Of a stretch of DNA of 64,000 bases, positions 36,535-49,616 are shown one piece after another. The position numbers were made by a program, and so were the translations under genes. Each line of letters starts with the position of its first letter. Positions within the stretch are counted from its first letter, which is position 1. Under the pieces are notes generated by a model that had not been told where the DNA came from, ran no database searches, and was given only the letters and a program-made list of their open reading frames with translations. The stretch comes from Vicugna vicugna (Eukaryota), in assembly GCA_013265495.1 (NCBI GenBank), contig MU058531.1, positions 2,728,911 through 2,792,910 of the forward strand, in the 5' to 3' direction.

Positions 36535-37694
36535 TTTGAAGGTTTGTTATTCCCGGCCTGTCCCTCAAAGGGCCTCCAGCTGTATGTCTACTCAACCACC
36601 ATATATCCTCCTTTCCTGGACCCCAACTCACCGTTTCTCTCCCAGGTGTCCATGTCACACGGCACCATGTGCGATAAGTTTGGTTCCTAAAATGGTGTGT
36701 GGCAGGCCATGTGCAAGGGTGTTCTTGGCTGAGGCCATCCTTGAAAAATGCTTTGACCTCTTGAAGTCAGTTTTAATTCTTTATAGAGTTATGGGGGAAA
36801 AAAGGAGAAAGAAAGAGAGACCACAGGCCAAACTATCCACTGACAGAGAGTAGATGTCCTTGGCATGTAGGAGGCTGACTTGGGCACTGTGGGGTCATGG
36901 GGAGACCCTGAACTTGCCTGTGGAGCTGGCAGGTCAGTGGACACAGTGCAGATATGGGGACCGATATAAAGAGCCAGGCTATTTGGAGGAATTGTGGGTC
37001 ACACGAATTCCGTGGAGGCTTCCCAGTGAGGCTTGGCTCTGCTCTGGTTTCCCAGTGCCCACTCCCTCCCTCCCTCCTCCCTTCTCCTCCTGCCCTCCCA
37101 TCACTGGCCAGGAGAGCACACATCTGTCGCTATTTCACCTGCTCATCCTCTGCTCTGTGCGTGGGAACATGAATAATTGATAATCCCAAATAAGGTGTCA
37201 AGAGGCCAGAATTTTGCCTCCCCTTGGGTCCAACCTCTCATGTCCAATTCCGTAGTGTCAGAAAAGAGCCCCTGGACCAGGGTCAGTGTAGACTCTTCTC
37301 CCTCCTTCCTCCAGCTTCCTGCTGGTGATACAGGTGTTTCATCAGATAGGAACCAGTGATGTTCATGGGGAAACAAAGTTCTTTCCCAAAAGTGCCAAAG
37401 CAAGGCATTCCAATTTAGGACTGAGAGAGGGGACTGTTACTTATCAGGTACCTACTACATGCTGAGTGTTTTGCATCTTTATTGCATTTACTTCTAACCA
37501 TAACCCTGCAGGGTAGGTGGCATTATCTCATTGCAAGTGGGAAATGAGCCAGAGAATTCTGCATCTTGCCCAAGATTATACATGAAGATCTAGAATGTGT
37601 GAGGTAGAGACAGGGCTTTGTGCTTTCTATTTCTTGTTGCTTTAATGGTTTGTCTAACTCTGAAGCATTTACTGTAGCTGCATTTTATGCCCAG

Positions 37695-37925
37695 GTAGGA
37701 GGCAGTACAGTGGAGAGGTTAAGGATTGGACTCTGAAGGCAGACTACCGAGGGTTCTGTCACTCATTAGCTGTGTTCTCTCCCTCACGTCCCTTGGGATA
37801 ACAAGAATAATGACAATATAATACTTACCTCTTAGAGTTTGAAAAATAAAGAGGCAATAAGATGCTTAGCACCTGGCCGAGTACAGAATCAGGGCCTCAA
37901 CTAAGAACAGCTAACTACTGTCATT
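37695..37925 (+). mobile_element. MIR
   Basis: 'ggcagtacagtggagaggttaaggattggactctgaaggcagact...tcactcattagctgtg...gcttagcacctggcc'. Confidence 0.65.
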
Positions 37926-38784
37926 ACCGCCAGCACCATCATCATCGTCTTTGCAAGTTACCTTAAAATTGGATATAAATGCAAGATGGAAAAATAGCTG
38001 AATGGTGCTGGGAATTCATGAAGAATGCTTGCATGAACAATAAGAGAGTGAAGATTGGGTCAGCCTCGGCCCTCACTGACCTGCTGACCCACTTTATGGC
38101 CAGCCTCCTGAGGGGCTCCCCACTCCTGGAGTGGCTCAGGCAGGCAATCTAGGTTAGCGTAATTATGGTGGCTGTTAATGACCTCCCAGCTGTACTGCTG
38201 GCTGTGGGGTGGGTGAAGGTGGGGTGTTTCTGAGAGATTAAAGAGCAGGCGTTTCCAACCCCACCCGACCTGTCAGGTTCTTTGATCTGCTTTGGGCATT
38301 CCAGCCTGGAGACTGGAGAGTGCACCCTGGGGAGGAAACCTGGGATCAGATGGCAAAGAGAGGTCCTGAGGAGTGTGTTAGACCAGACTTAGAAAATGTA
38401 GGTTCTGCCCATGAAAGGGGTGGGGATGGCAGAAGGCACTCATGGTTGGTCTTTATTTTCCAGATGGTAAGTCAAGGATTAGGAAGAAGGTTAAGTCACT
38501 TACCCAGTTGTGAACTCAGAGAGGTTGAGGGCACTTAGAAGATAAGCCTTGCCTCCGAGAGTGGGGAATCCTGACACGTGCTCCATTCACATTGCACGCT
38601 GTGATAACTATCGTGAGAGTGATAACTATCTCTGTCCTCCTCCATGTATCCAATATTTACTATGAGCCTGCGAGCCTGCGAAATCATTATTATGTCTGTG
38701 GTTCTGTGGGGGACACAAATTTTCCATCCAGGTCCTGAAGATATTTGTTGTCCAAGAGTAATAACTCTGATAAGACTAAAACTA

Positions 38785-39025
38785 CTAACTACTATGAATT
38801 TAATGTCTACTGTGTATCAGGCATTTTATGTTCATTATTTCACTGAGTTGTGACAAAAATTGCCATGGAGTGGCTATTACCAACCCATTTTATAGATAAA
38901 GAAACTGAGGCTCGGGGAGGTTAAGTAGTTTGCTCTCCATCAAGGACATACAACTGCATGTCAGTGCCAAAGCCAAGGCTCAGACCCAGACTGTCTAATC
39001 CCAAATTAATTGCTCTTAACTGCTG
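38785..39025 (-). mobile_element. MIR
   Basis: 'cccattttatagataaagaaactgaggctcggggaggttaagtagtttgc'. Confidence 0.75.
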
Positions 39026-39287
39026 GTCAAGGGGGGAGTATATTTACCCATGGAAGATCACCTAATTGAAGGTGGATTTGAGTCATTGAGTTAGGTGAAA
39101 TGATCAAAGAAGACTTCGTGGAGGGGTGGGACACAGGAGGATTCTGCAGGCTGAGGTGGGGAGGGAGGGGTCAGTGAGGAACAGCAAGGACAAGGTGGAC
39201 AGTGAGGACAGTCACAGATGCCATCGTCTCCCCTGATCTTCCCGACAGCCCATGAGGGACAGGGGACGGGGTGACCCTTCCATTTTG

Positions 39288-39420
39288 TTTGTTGTTGTTT
39301 TGAGGGGGGAGATAATTAGGTTTATTCATTAGGTAATAAGGTTTATTTTTTTAATGGAGGTACTGGGGATTGAACCCAGGACCTCGTGCATGCTAAACAT
39401 GAGTTATACCCTACCCCCCA
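39288..39420 (-). mobile_element. tRNA-Ala-derived SINE (vic-1-like) with 13-nt A-box deletion
   Basis: 'ggaggtactggggattgaacccaggacctcgtgcatgctaaacatgagttataccct'; TSD acccttccattttg (39274) / acccccccattttg (39421). Confidence 0.88.
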
Positions 39421-39639
39421 ACCCCCCCATTTTGAAACAATGGTAGTTCACAGAGGTTATGTGAGTTGCCCAAGCTCACCCAGCTACTAAGTGATAGAAA
39501 TAAGTCCTCAGGCTCCTGGACTCCTTCCATTTTACAAGCAGCAGGGAACCATGGAAGTTTTGTGGGTAGAGCATGAAAGATGGGGCACGGACTCTCTTTA
39601 TCATTAAAAGAGGACTTTACATTATTGGTGTTAAGTGCA

Positions 39640-40620
39640 GCCTCTTCACTGTTTTTTGTATCTCAGATCCCTTTGGCAGTCTGATGAAGTCTGTGGATCC
39701 CTTTGCTAAATAATGTTTTTTTAATTTTAATTATGGTAAATACATATAAAATTTACCATCAACCACTTTGAAGTGTACAGTATAGTGGCATTAAGTACAT
39801 TCTCTTGGTTGTGCTACCATCCACAGAACTCTTCATCTGTAAAACTGAAACTCTGAAACTCTGTACCCATTAAACTCTTAATTCCCCATTCCTTTGTTCC
39901 CCCAGCCCCAGGCAACCACCATTCTACTTTGTCTCCATGAATTGACTACTCTAGGTCCCTCCTTTAAGTGGAGTCATACAGTATTTGTCCTTTTGTGACT
40001 GGCTTATTTCACTTAGAATACATTCCCTCAAGGTTTATCCATGCTGTAGCATCTGTAAGAATTTCCTCCCTTTTAAAGGTTGAATAATATTCTGTTGTAT
40101 GTCTATATCGTATTTGTTTATCTGTTAACCATCAATGGACACATGAGTTGCTTCTGTCTTTTGACTATTGCAAATATGTGCCGAATAATATTTTAAAATG
40201 CAAACATTATGTATGTGTGTATATATATAATGCATATAAGTGTATATATATTAGATACAACATGATTACAAAAAACAATTGCTATACAGTTGTCTATCTA
40301 TACTTTAAAAACAAATTGTGTCACAGAAATATATCAACTCCTTTACTAATGCAGTGAATAAGATCCAGGAGCAGGCCTAATATCTGTCTTAATTTTTGAG
40401 ACAGCGATGAGTGTAAATGATATTTTGAGATACGTGCAATAGCCAGGATATGAAATAAACTATCCATGATTTCGGTGAAAAAGTCCCACGTTCAGCCTAC
40501 ATTCCTGTAGTTTGTTGCCCACATTGATAGTTGAAGGAAATGCTAAATTTCAGCAAGAGAGTCATGAGAAGAAAGATGTCATCATTTCCTATACAAGTCT
40601 GGGACCCCCTGGGATTCTCT
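39640..40620. mobile_element. hAT DNA transposon remnant (MER119-like) split by an L1
   Basis: 'cagatccctttggcagtctgatgaagtctgtggatccc', resuming 'gcgatgagtgtaaatgatattttgagata...gaaggaaatgctaaatttcag'. Confidence 0.55.
39718..40183 (-). mobile_element. L1MB-type 3' end
   Basis: 'gtggcattaagtacattc','cccagcccaggcaaccaccattctactttgtctccatgaattgactactctagg','ttttgtgactggcttatttcacttag'; flanks aataatgtttt/aataatatttt. Confidence 0.85.
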
Positions 40621-41654
40621 CTGCCAGTCCTAGGAAGTAGCATCCTCCCAGGGCCGTGATGAGAGTTCTGCTTCAGAGCTTGAAGAAAGGTCCTTTAATC
40701 ACCCTGGCCTGAAGAGACAGCTCCAACTTTGTGTGATCCCTTCCTGGCTTGGCCCGACTGTGAACTTGGCAAGTTGTTTAGCCTCTTGGAGCCTCAGTGT
40801 CCCCACCTGTGGTTCGATCCCAGTGTGCAGCCTACAAAGGTCGCAGCTTCCTGGGGCTCCTGAGTTTCCTTTAAAAAGGTGGATAAAACCAGGCGAGCAT
40901 TTTGGCCCAGGTTTATCTAAATCTCCAAATCCCCTTCTCTATCCATAATGGGTGGCAGGGTGGCAGGCTCATTACAACCACACTTTCCAGAACCCCATTT
41001 TCTTCCTGCCATCCAGGGTAAACAACACAACTTAGCCAGACCCTGACTTCTTCTAGCATCCTAGCCTTTTGGGAGCCAAGATTGGCATCTGTTTTTACAG
41101 ACTCTAAGTTGTCTAAAACTTTTACAAACCAGGGGTGGTCTGGGATCCTATCAGGGGTCATAAAAGACCATAGCCAGCAAAGATAGGGGATCAGAAGGGA
41201 TATTAAACAATTAGCTAGAAAAAGGAAGCTACAGAGGGAAGTTTATATGCAGGTGTCCAGGCATCCCAGCAATGTGCCTTAAGATAACCAAACCCCTGGC
41301 AAGGGATGACAGATGGAGATTCACTACATTTTCTGCCTGCTGGACAGGCTTACTTCCTTCTAATGTTGAACATCTCGTACTTCAGTCCATGAGATGGGAT
41401 AACACTAGCTAGTTCCCCAAGACGGTGGATGGATTGAGGTAATGTGTATGAAAGCTGCTGCCCAGGAAGAGCTGGAGCTGAGACCCAGCTGGGAGGGGAG
41501 TGGGGTGGCCTCCCCCACCCCCTGGCCTGCTTGTATGAGTTGATGTGCACAGCAGTTTGGTTCTTGGTTGATGGAGGAGGGTGACTATACACATGACAGC
41601 TACTAATTATTGTGTTGGCAGCAAGAAGTCCCTGTGGTAGCTCAGTGTGAATAA

Positions 41655-41860
41655 TAGTAGCTAACACGTACTGCACATGTGTGCCAGGCATGAGGCTACA
41701 CTTCATGCAATGCCCATGTATATATAGGAGGTAAGTTCTATTTTAGTATCAGTTAACAGATGAAGAAGCTGACAGAGAGATGGTAAATAACTTATCCAAG
41801 GTCCCAGAGCCAGTACGCAATAGAGCCAGGATGTGACCCCAGCAGGCTGGCTCAGTCTTC
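41655..41860 (-). mobile_element. MIR
   Basis: 'gctaacacgtactgcacatgtgtgccaggca...acagatgaagaagctga...taacttatccaaggtcccagagccag'. Confidence 0.7.
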
Positions 41861-41979
41861 AGACAGCCTCCTGTGTATAATATCTCATTCTCCATATAAT
41901 GGCAGGGAGTAAGTCAAGCAGAACTGAGGGATGTGATCCACACTTTTTAAAGTGCGTATCTGTGGAGGAAGTGACACCC

Positions 41980-42174
41980 ACGATCACTGGGACCAGCTCA
42001 AAGCTGGTTGTTAGTGTCACCTTCCAGACTCCACATTCAGTGACATTCATTCCAGTAGCTTAAAAGTCACCATGATGGGAGTATTTACACCATGGAAATT
42101 AGCAAATGCTCCAAATTGAGGCTTTTTTCTCCTTTTTTGGAGAACCTGTTAAATATTTACCAGCATACCACTGG
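41980..42174 (-). mobile_element. MER63-like hAT DNA transposon
   Basis: 'atgggagtatttacaccatggaaattagcaaatgct' and terminus 'gttaaatatttaccagcataccactgg'. Confidence 0.65.
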
Positions 42175-43239
42175 TTGTAACAGCTTCTCTTGGGAGAAAG
42201 AATTAATAATAACATCTGATAATGATAATAAAAGCTTTTTTTTTTTTTTACTTACAAACCTGCAAATGTAGACCTGCAAATACAAGCAGACTTCTCTTGA
42301 TGAGTCTTAATTTTGGAAGATTCAGGGAAAATCCTAACAGTCAGAAAGAAACCCGAGAGCAGCCGCTGAACTTGTGCTTTCCTTTGAACCAGACTCAGAA
42401 CACCTAAACGGTGTTGTCCTATTTAATTCTTTGAACGAAATAGGCAGTATGTACTGTTATTATCTGAGTTTTAAGCACAACAGAAGTGAGCCTTAGAGAA
42501 GTTAAGTAACTAGAGAGTGGCAGAGCCAGGTTTGAATCTAGGTAGCATAATTCCAGAACTCACCCTCTCAACCTCTTCACTATCTTTGTATCCACCGTTT
42601 CTCTTAGGTATTCTACCGAAGATCTTAGGCATCTGGAAAAAAACTAAAGTTAAGGCAGTTGGAAAAGCTTCGAAGTCCATACTCTTATGATGATTTGCTC
42701 ACATATTTTGAAAGGCTACTTTCTCTCTGACTCATCCTAAAATATCAGGGACCCCCTGCCAAGAGAGAAGGGACTGATCTAGAGCTGGAGGAAAAACAGG
42801 ACCAAGGACTCTCAACACATATATTTTGAGCACATACTGTGTGGCAGGCATAGCTCTTGTAGGATACTGGGGAGAAAGCAAAACCCAGACAGTCAAGTCT
42901 TTTTACTCAGTGGAGCTTATAACCTACCACAGCAAAACTACTAACATTTAGTGAGTGCTTGCTGTGTGTCAGCACCCTGCTAAGCATGTTTCCTCACTAC
43001 TTCATCTAGTCCTTGAAACAAGGTATTGGGAGAAGCCTTGGCAAGTTACTTAAACCTCTGTGGTTATTTCCCAGATATGTAAAATGGGGTAACAGTGTAA
43101 GCACCTCACTGGGTTGTTGTGAGAATTAAATGAGGTAATAATAAGTGTGAAAGTGCTTAGCATAGTGTTTGGTACATGATAAACCATCCTTGCTAGCTTT
43201 CATTGTTAATAACTTTATTAAGATAGATAGTATGATTAA

Positions 43240-44168
43240 AATTTTTAAATTCTAATTCCATTTATTTTGCTAAAAAAAAAGAGATAAACAGTTCACCAAT
43301 TTCTCCCAAAGCCCACCTCCCCCACCACCTCTCATAACCACTGATTAGTTCTTGTATTTATGAGCTTTTTAAAAAAATTTATTTCTTTTAGATTCACATA
43401 TAAGAGAGATCATACAGTATTTGTCTTTCTCCATCTGACTTATTTCGCTTGTCATGATGCCCTCAAAATCCGCCCAGGTTGTTATAAGGGCATGATTTCA
43501 TTCTTTCTTTATGACTGAGTGATATTCCATTTATCTTCTTTATCCAGTCATTATCAGTGGACACTTAGGTTGCTTCCATATCTTGACTATTGTAAACAAT
43601 GCTGCAGTAAACATGGGGGTGCATATGTCTTCTTTTTGAGTTAGTGTTTTCATTTTCTTTGGATAAATACCCAGAAATAGAACTGCTGGATCATATGGTA
43701 GTTCAATTTTTAATTTTTTGAGGAACCTCCATACTGTTTTCCATGGTGGCTACATCAATTTCTGTTGCCACCAACAGTACACAAGGGTTACCTTTTCTCC
43801 ACGGCCTCATCAACACTTATTATTTCTAGTCTTTTTGTTAACATCTACTTTGACAGGTGTGAGGTGATATCTCATTGTGGTTTTGATTTGCATTTACCCA
43901 GTGATTAGTGATGTTGAGCATCTTTTCATGTGCCTGTTGCCCATCTGAATGTCTTCTTTGGAAAAATGTCTATTCAGATCTTCTGCTTATTTTTTAAATT
44001 GGATTTTTGGGGGTATTAAGTTGTATGAGTTCTTTATATGTTTTGGATATTAACCCCTTGGCACATATATGATTTGCAAACATTTCTCTCCCATTCAATA
44101 GGTTATCTTTTCATTTTGTTGACAGTTTCCTTTGCTGTGCTTTTGGTTTGATGTAGTCCCACTTGTGT
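43240..44168 (-). mobile_element. L1MA9/10-like 3' region, 5'-truncated
   Basis: Antisense L1 ORF2 end + 3'UTR ('gagatcatacagtatttgtctttct','tttgaggaacctccatactgttttcc','gtgttgagcatcttttcatgtgcctg'); flanking 9-mer tatgattaa at 43231 and 44170. Confidence 0.88.
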
Positions 44169-47100
44169 ATATGATTAATGTCATTTCACAAATGTGAAAC
44201 TGAGGCTGAAATCTCACAATCAGCACCGAACACCTAGCAACACTGCCCTTGGAGTATCAGAATGGGAAGTAGGGAGGGACCAGGTGGAACAGGCTGGATG
44301 CCACCTGCTGACTTGGAAGAGAAAAGGGGAGAGAGGGGAAGTCACAGGCACAGAAAGGAGTCGTATGCAGACTTTAGGATGTAGGGTGAGGCAGTGTCGC
44401 CACCAACTGCCAAGTATGAGTGATCCCAGAAAGGCCAGGCTCTCTAACGCTCCTGAGTTCTGGGTCGTCCCCTCTGGGAAATCTTTCCTCACTGTCCCCA
44501 CTATGCACCCTCTCTGTCTCATGCTAGCCTGGGTTAAGTTGTTCCCTCCAAACCCCACATCCCCATGGCTCCATAAGGTTACCTTTAACAGCACACACCA
44601 CACTGCACTCTTATTGTCTGTTTGGGTCTCTATGTGCCTTTCAAGACCAGGAACCTGGTAATTGCCCTAGTCCCAGCACCTAGATTCCTGTGATGCTCAA
44701 TAATGTCTGTTCATCCAGACAGAAGACTACATTTATAAGAAAGTAAGCATCAGATCTTTCACCTCAAGGAGAAGTTTATAGGTGAAAGCACTTATTTAGA
44801 AGAGGGAGTAGCGCGTCACGGCCTTTCCCTACTAGTACCTAATGAGGAAGCTCACGTTTCTGCTGCATACAGAGAAAGTCATCAGTGCTGAGGTCCCTCA
44901 AAGGGGCCTTTGAACAAGGTGTCTAGGTTTCTTGATGTCCTGGAAACATCCCTCAAAATATGTGTGTTTTCACCTATCACAGAGCCCAAATGGACTGCCT
45001 GTTGCCTGGATGGACCATGATTTTTCTAACCATTGCTGATCACCTAGGTTGTTTCTATTTTGACTCTTCCAAGCAATGCTGCAGAGGTCATTTCTGAACT
45101 TACAGCCTTGCACTCTTAGTGCATTTCTAAAGGGGAACTACAGGGTCAAAAGCATTCCCATAAAGGTTCCCTTTGAAATCTTGGCTAATGACAGTTACCT
45201 CAGAGGCAAATACCTCAAGTACCTTTCCCATGACATGTTATTTCTCTGTTCTGACTCAACATATGGGTTCACAACTCTTGTAACCTGGTTTTCTCTGAGA
45301 CTGACATTGCAGTCAGCAGCAGAAATGCCCTGGAAAACGTGTCAAGGGAAAGGGAAGACAAAGTCAAGTGCAGCAAGAAAAACAACATTGAAGAAACTGA
45401 GATAGAAAAGATGGCTGGGAGCTGAAAGGGAAGTGTGATAAAGCCAAAGAAAGAAGGAAAATAAAGCTAGTTTCTACCTGAAAAAGGATCTTATGAAACT
45501 TTTCCTTTGAAAAACCCATAATGCTAGTAAATAGCAAGATTCTGGTAGGAAAAGCAAGGTTTTGAAATAGGAGGAGATCCTCAGGATTCATCCCCTAATT
45601 TTGTAGATGAAGGAAAAAGGACGGAGGAGTTAACTGACTTGCTCGAGGACACACAGCTAGTTAGTAGCATTGCAAGGACCAGAGCCCTCGCTTGCCAGTC
45701 ATGCTGAATCACGGCCTTTATTTTTCCTTCCATTTTTCTCCACTTATCCCTTTGTAATTACTTTACTTAGGCAATAAGGATAATTCATTCAGAGCTGGAA
45801 CATCATTTTCTCATTTCACTGAGTTTAAATAGAGATGACAGGGCCTATTCTTAATGTTTAACAATCAAAACCAATTATGACTCTTTCTTTCTCTCGTGCA
45901 AAAAAACACACAGTCCTTTTCAGAATGTAGTGTTTTCATTCTGTGGCATAAACAGGACAATGAGAACAATAGTATGGCAATAGAACCTTCGGAGAAGGTA
46001 AATACTAGCTATAATCAAGTAAACCCAGTTATTCAGGGTTAGGGAACTAATGCTATGGATACAACATAAAGAGTAAAAATAGTTCAAAGGATACTGAACT
46101 CTTGGGTATGAGTCAGGGCACATTCATGTGTGTTCATCCCAGTGATGTGACCAGCTCCCACAAGTTCAGCTTCCTTCTGCCATGTGGAGGGGACCAGAAA
46201 GCCCCTGGATACTTCCCTGGTATAGAACCAGATTCTCCAAACTGCCCCAAGTTATGCTTGGCTAGACCAGAAAATCTTCCCACTTTGCGCCCTGTAGTGG
46301 AGAAAAACTGAGTCAAGAGCCACCCTAAACCTAAATTAATTACCCGTCTACCTATTCATTCCATCCTTCCCTCCATCCAGTCCTCCATCCTTCCATCTAA
46401 CTGTCAACATTTCTTGAACTCACACCCTGTTGGAGTTCAGTTGGCCAATTTTGAAATAGCTTCCTGACTGGAAATAATAGCCAAGTCTTGACTTTTGGCT
46501 CTACAGTATCCCTGGGAGTTTGTTCCTTGTTTATAGAGATTCGCCTCAGAGCACCAACCTTCTGAGGTTTTGTCCATCTAAGGAATTTATATGGATGTGG
46601 TTGCTCTTCTCTTTGTTATCCTAAGTAGGAGAGCTAGAGAAATGAAGCAAGACAAATAATTAAATATAAAAAGGAATCCTATTTTTCTTGGACTCCATCT
46701 TGAAAAAGCCATTCTTTTGGAAATCCAAGGAAAAATATTGCCAGTGAGCCCTTCAAAGAGGCAGAAAGAATTCCAGTGGACCTGGGGAAGATAGTCATTA
46801 TTTTCTACAGAAACACTCTTGGAGGTCCCTTTCTCATGTATAGGTGTACTGGCTTACTTCAGCATTAGGGGCACTGGACACCAGTGCCATTGGAAGCCTG
46901 CATCCTCCAGGTATCCAGGGGACTCTGGCCACGGTGCTGCCCTGTCCTTTTTCTTGGCAAAATTGCCTGTGTTTCAGTTTCAGAGGACTTCTGAGAAACC
47001 CCAACAGAGTACTTACCTAAGGTTCTGGAATAAGTTCACAAACTGTGACTATTTGAAATTGAGAGAAAGAAAAGTGACACAAAACGGATAAGCCAAGCTG

Positions 47101-47938
47101 CCTCCTTGACTTAACTCTGTGAGGACGGGGACTCTTATCGATCATATTCATTGTTTAATCTCTAGTGTCTGGCAATGTGATGTCCAATGCTCAATAAATA
47201 TTTGTTTAATTAACAAATATCATTGTTGCAGTCTTTCCAGGAAATACTGTAGGACTTAAACTGCTAAGCAATAGAAAGTACATCAGACTTGAAATCAGAA
47301 AGCCTGCGTCTGATTTCTGGCATTTCTACTAACTAACTATGGACATCAGTTCTCACATCTTTAGATGGGGTCAGTAGCATCTAGCTCACAAAGCTGCTGG
47401 TGGGATTAACTGAAATAGCATATTCAGAAGACCTGAGCACAATCAGTAGTTTGTGCTTAATAAATTTGGAGTCTGTTAGGTAAAAACAGAGGACTCAATA
47501 AATCCCAGCAAGAGGGCTATAGTGACTAAAAAGGAAGCACCAATTTAAAAGGTAACCAATGAAAGAGAAGCTGAAAATTACAAACATTCCAGCCTGTCCT
47601 ACGGAGGTACTATAATGGCAGAAGCATTTGTTGATGGAAAGGAAGAATATTTTTAAAAGGGGTTGAATGAATAAGCCTTGCTAGTGTTTCTTTGGCAATT
47701 TTCAGTGCTAACCTTATTTTCATATGAATAAAACCGCTTTCCCGAATTATCTAGTGATGGCTCATTAAAATTCAACGTTCTCCCGAAGAAAAATTATCCA
47801 AAATTTGGAAATAAGTCAAGGAAGTTATGGAGTACATTTGTTTCAATATCATACTAGAGAACTGTCTGACAGACTCACATAAGAATCATCTGATGCTCTG
47901 GGAAATTATCATTCTATTTGACTTCCTATCTGCTACCT

Positions 47939-48335
47939 TTTATAGGCTAAATGTTTGTGTACCCTCAAAATGTGTATATTGAAGCCCTGAGTCCCATTTA
48001 GTTGCCATTTGACATGGGGTCTCCAAGGAAGTGATTAACATTAAATGACAGTGGGGCTCTGATCCAATAGGATTATTGTTCTTATGAGAAGAGACACCAT
48101 AGTGCTGTCTCTCTCCTCACCCTGCCCACCTCCCACTTACACACACCAAGGAAAGGCCATGTGAGGACATAGTGAGAGGAGACCATCTCCCAGTCAGAAA
48201 GACAGCCCTCATCAGAAGCTGAGTCAGCTGGAACGTTAGTCCTGGACTTCTAGCCTCTAGAACTGGGAGAAGTACATTTCTGTTGTTAAAGCCCCCAGTC
48301 TATGGTATTTTGTCATGGCAGCCCAAGCTAAGACA
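47939..48335 (+). mobile_element. MaLR LTR (MLT1A-like solo LTR)
   Basis: 'aatgtttgtgtaccctcaaaa','ggaaaggccatgtgaggaca','ggacttctagcctctagaactg','cccagtctatggtattttgtcatggcagcccaagctaagaca'. Confidence 0.88.
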
Positions 48336-49344
48336 ATTATTGCTTTAGGTCCAGCCTCTGTAACTTTGGATATTAATTTGTGGAAGATTGATAAGTTGTT
48401 TTCCTAGTTGGCATGTAAATGAGTTTTGTTTGTAGCAATCAGAGCCCTGAAGGTTACCGTTTTATTGACTTGTAGGACATGAACCATTCTTATCCAGCCA
48501 CTCTCATCTGAGCCTCAGTGTTCCTGCTCTGACATACCATGAATGTTTCTCCTTCGTAGGGTTGCTGTAGGATTGAATATAATGCATCTAGACCTTGTAG
48601 GCTAGTGCCTAATGCACAGCAAGCTCTCAATTAAATTACACTCACTGTGATTATTTAGATCAGAGGTCCATTGCTGTATTTTGTTGAGTGTGTACAGTGT
48701 TTAAAAATATCAGTGGCCAATGGGTAAAAGTCAGGACATTTCATATATTTCAGATTTTGACTTCTCTTAAAAATCTGAAGATCAGGCAACAAAAGGCCTA
48801 AATTCCCACATGGCAGCCAATGTCCCTAAGTGGGATAGGCAGGTATTGTCCCACTTGTCACAGACCACACCCAGGTCCCTTTGTTCCTTTACATTCCCTG
48901 CCTGGCTCTTGAGGTTTAATCTGTGGTATCTAATCCCTATTTCCCTAATTAAAACAAACTTCAGCACAGTTTGCAGAGGACCCAGAACCGGGGCTCCCAC
49001 CCAGTGAAACCCCAGTGGTGCTTTCTGGGAACCCCTAAGAAGCTCATGGTTCAACCTGACAGTACAGGAGGTCTCCACAGTGCATTGCCTCTTTTCCTCT
49101 CTCCCCCAGCCCTTTGGGAAGGGCATGGTCCAGGCTGAGCACATGGACAGACATCTTCCTGAGGGTTCCTGAGATTGTCACTCCCTGCTCAGATATCCTC
49201 CCTGACTTAGCTGTTTGTAGCAAGCACTGTGGCTGAGCTCTGGACTAGCTGATAATAGTAGTTAACTCTGCTGCAGAGCTCCCACTTATCCCAGTCACTG
49301 GATGTGGGTTATCTCGTAGAATCTTCCAGACCACTTGAAGTAGG

Positions 49345-49616
49345 CATCATGGGTCCCCAGTCTAAAATTTCAGAGAACTCTAAGAACCAAAATTCTTCTT
49401 GTGGCAAAATCCAACCTGAACAAACACAGAGCTATGTACAGTCTTTGTCTCTCACATAAAGTAGACACCTCACATTTTGCTGCAGAAATACTCACTTGTT
49501 TAATTACTAGGTACTGCCCCAGACCCCACTGAGGGAATGGTACTCATGTCATACTAACTTTCTAAGGTCTGAATACCTGTCTCAAAGTGTTTCAGATAAG
49601 ATATTGAAGATCTGTG
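49345..49616. mobile_element. TcMar-Tigger-like DNA transposon remnant inside a MIR
   Basis: 'cattttgctgcagaaatac','ctgccccagaccccactgaggg', end 'gtttcagataagatattgaagatctgt'; family assignment from recalled similarity. Confidence 0.45.
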
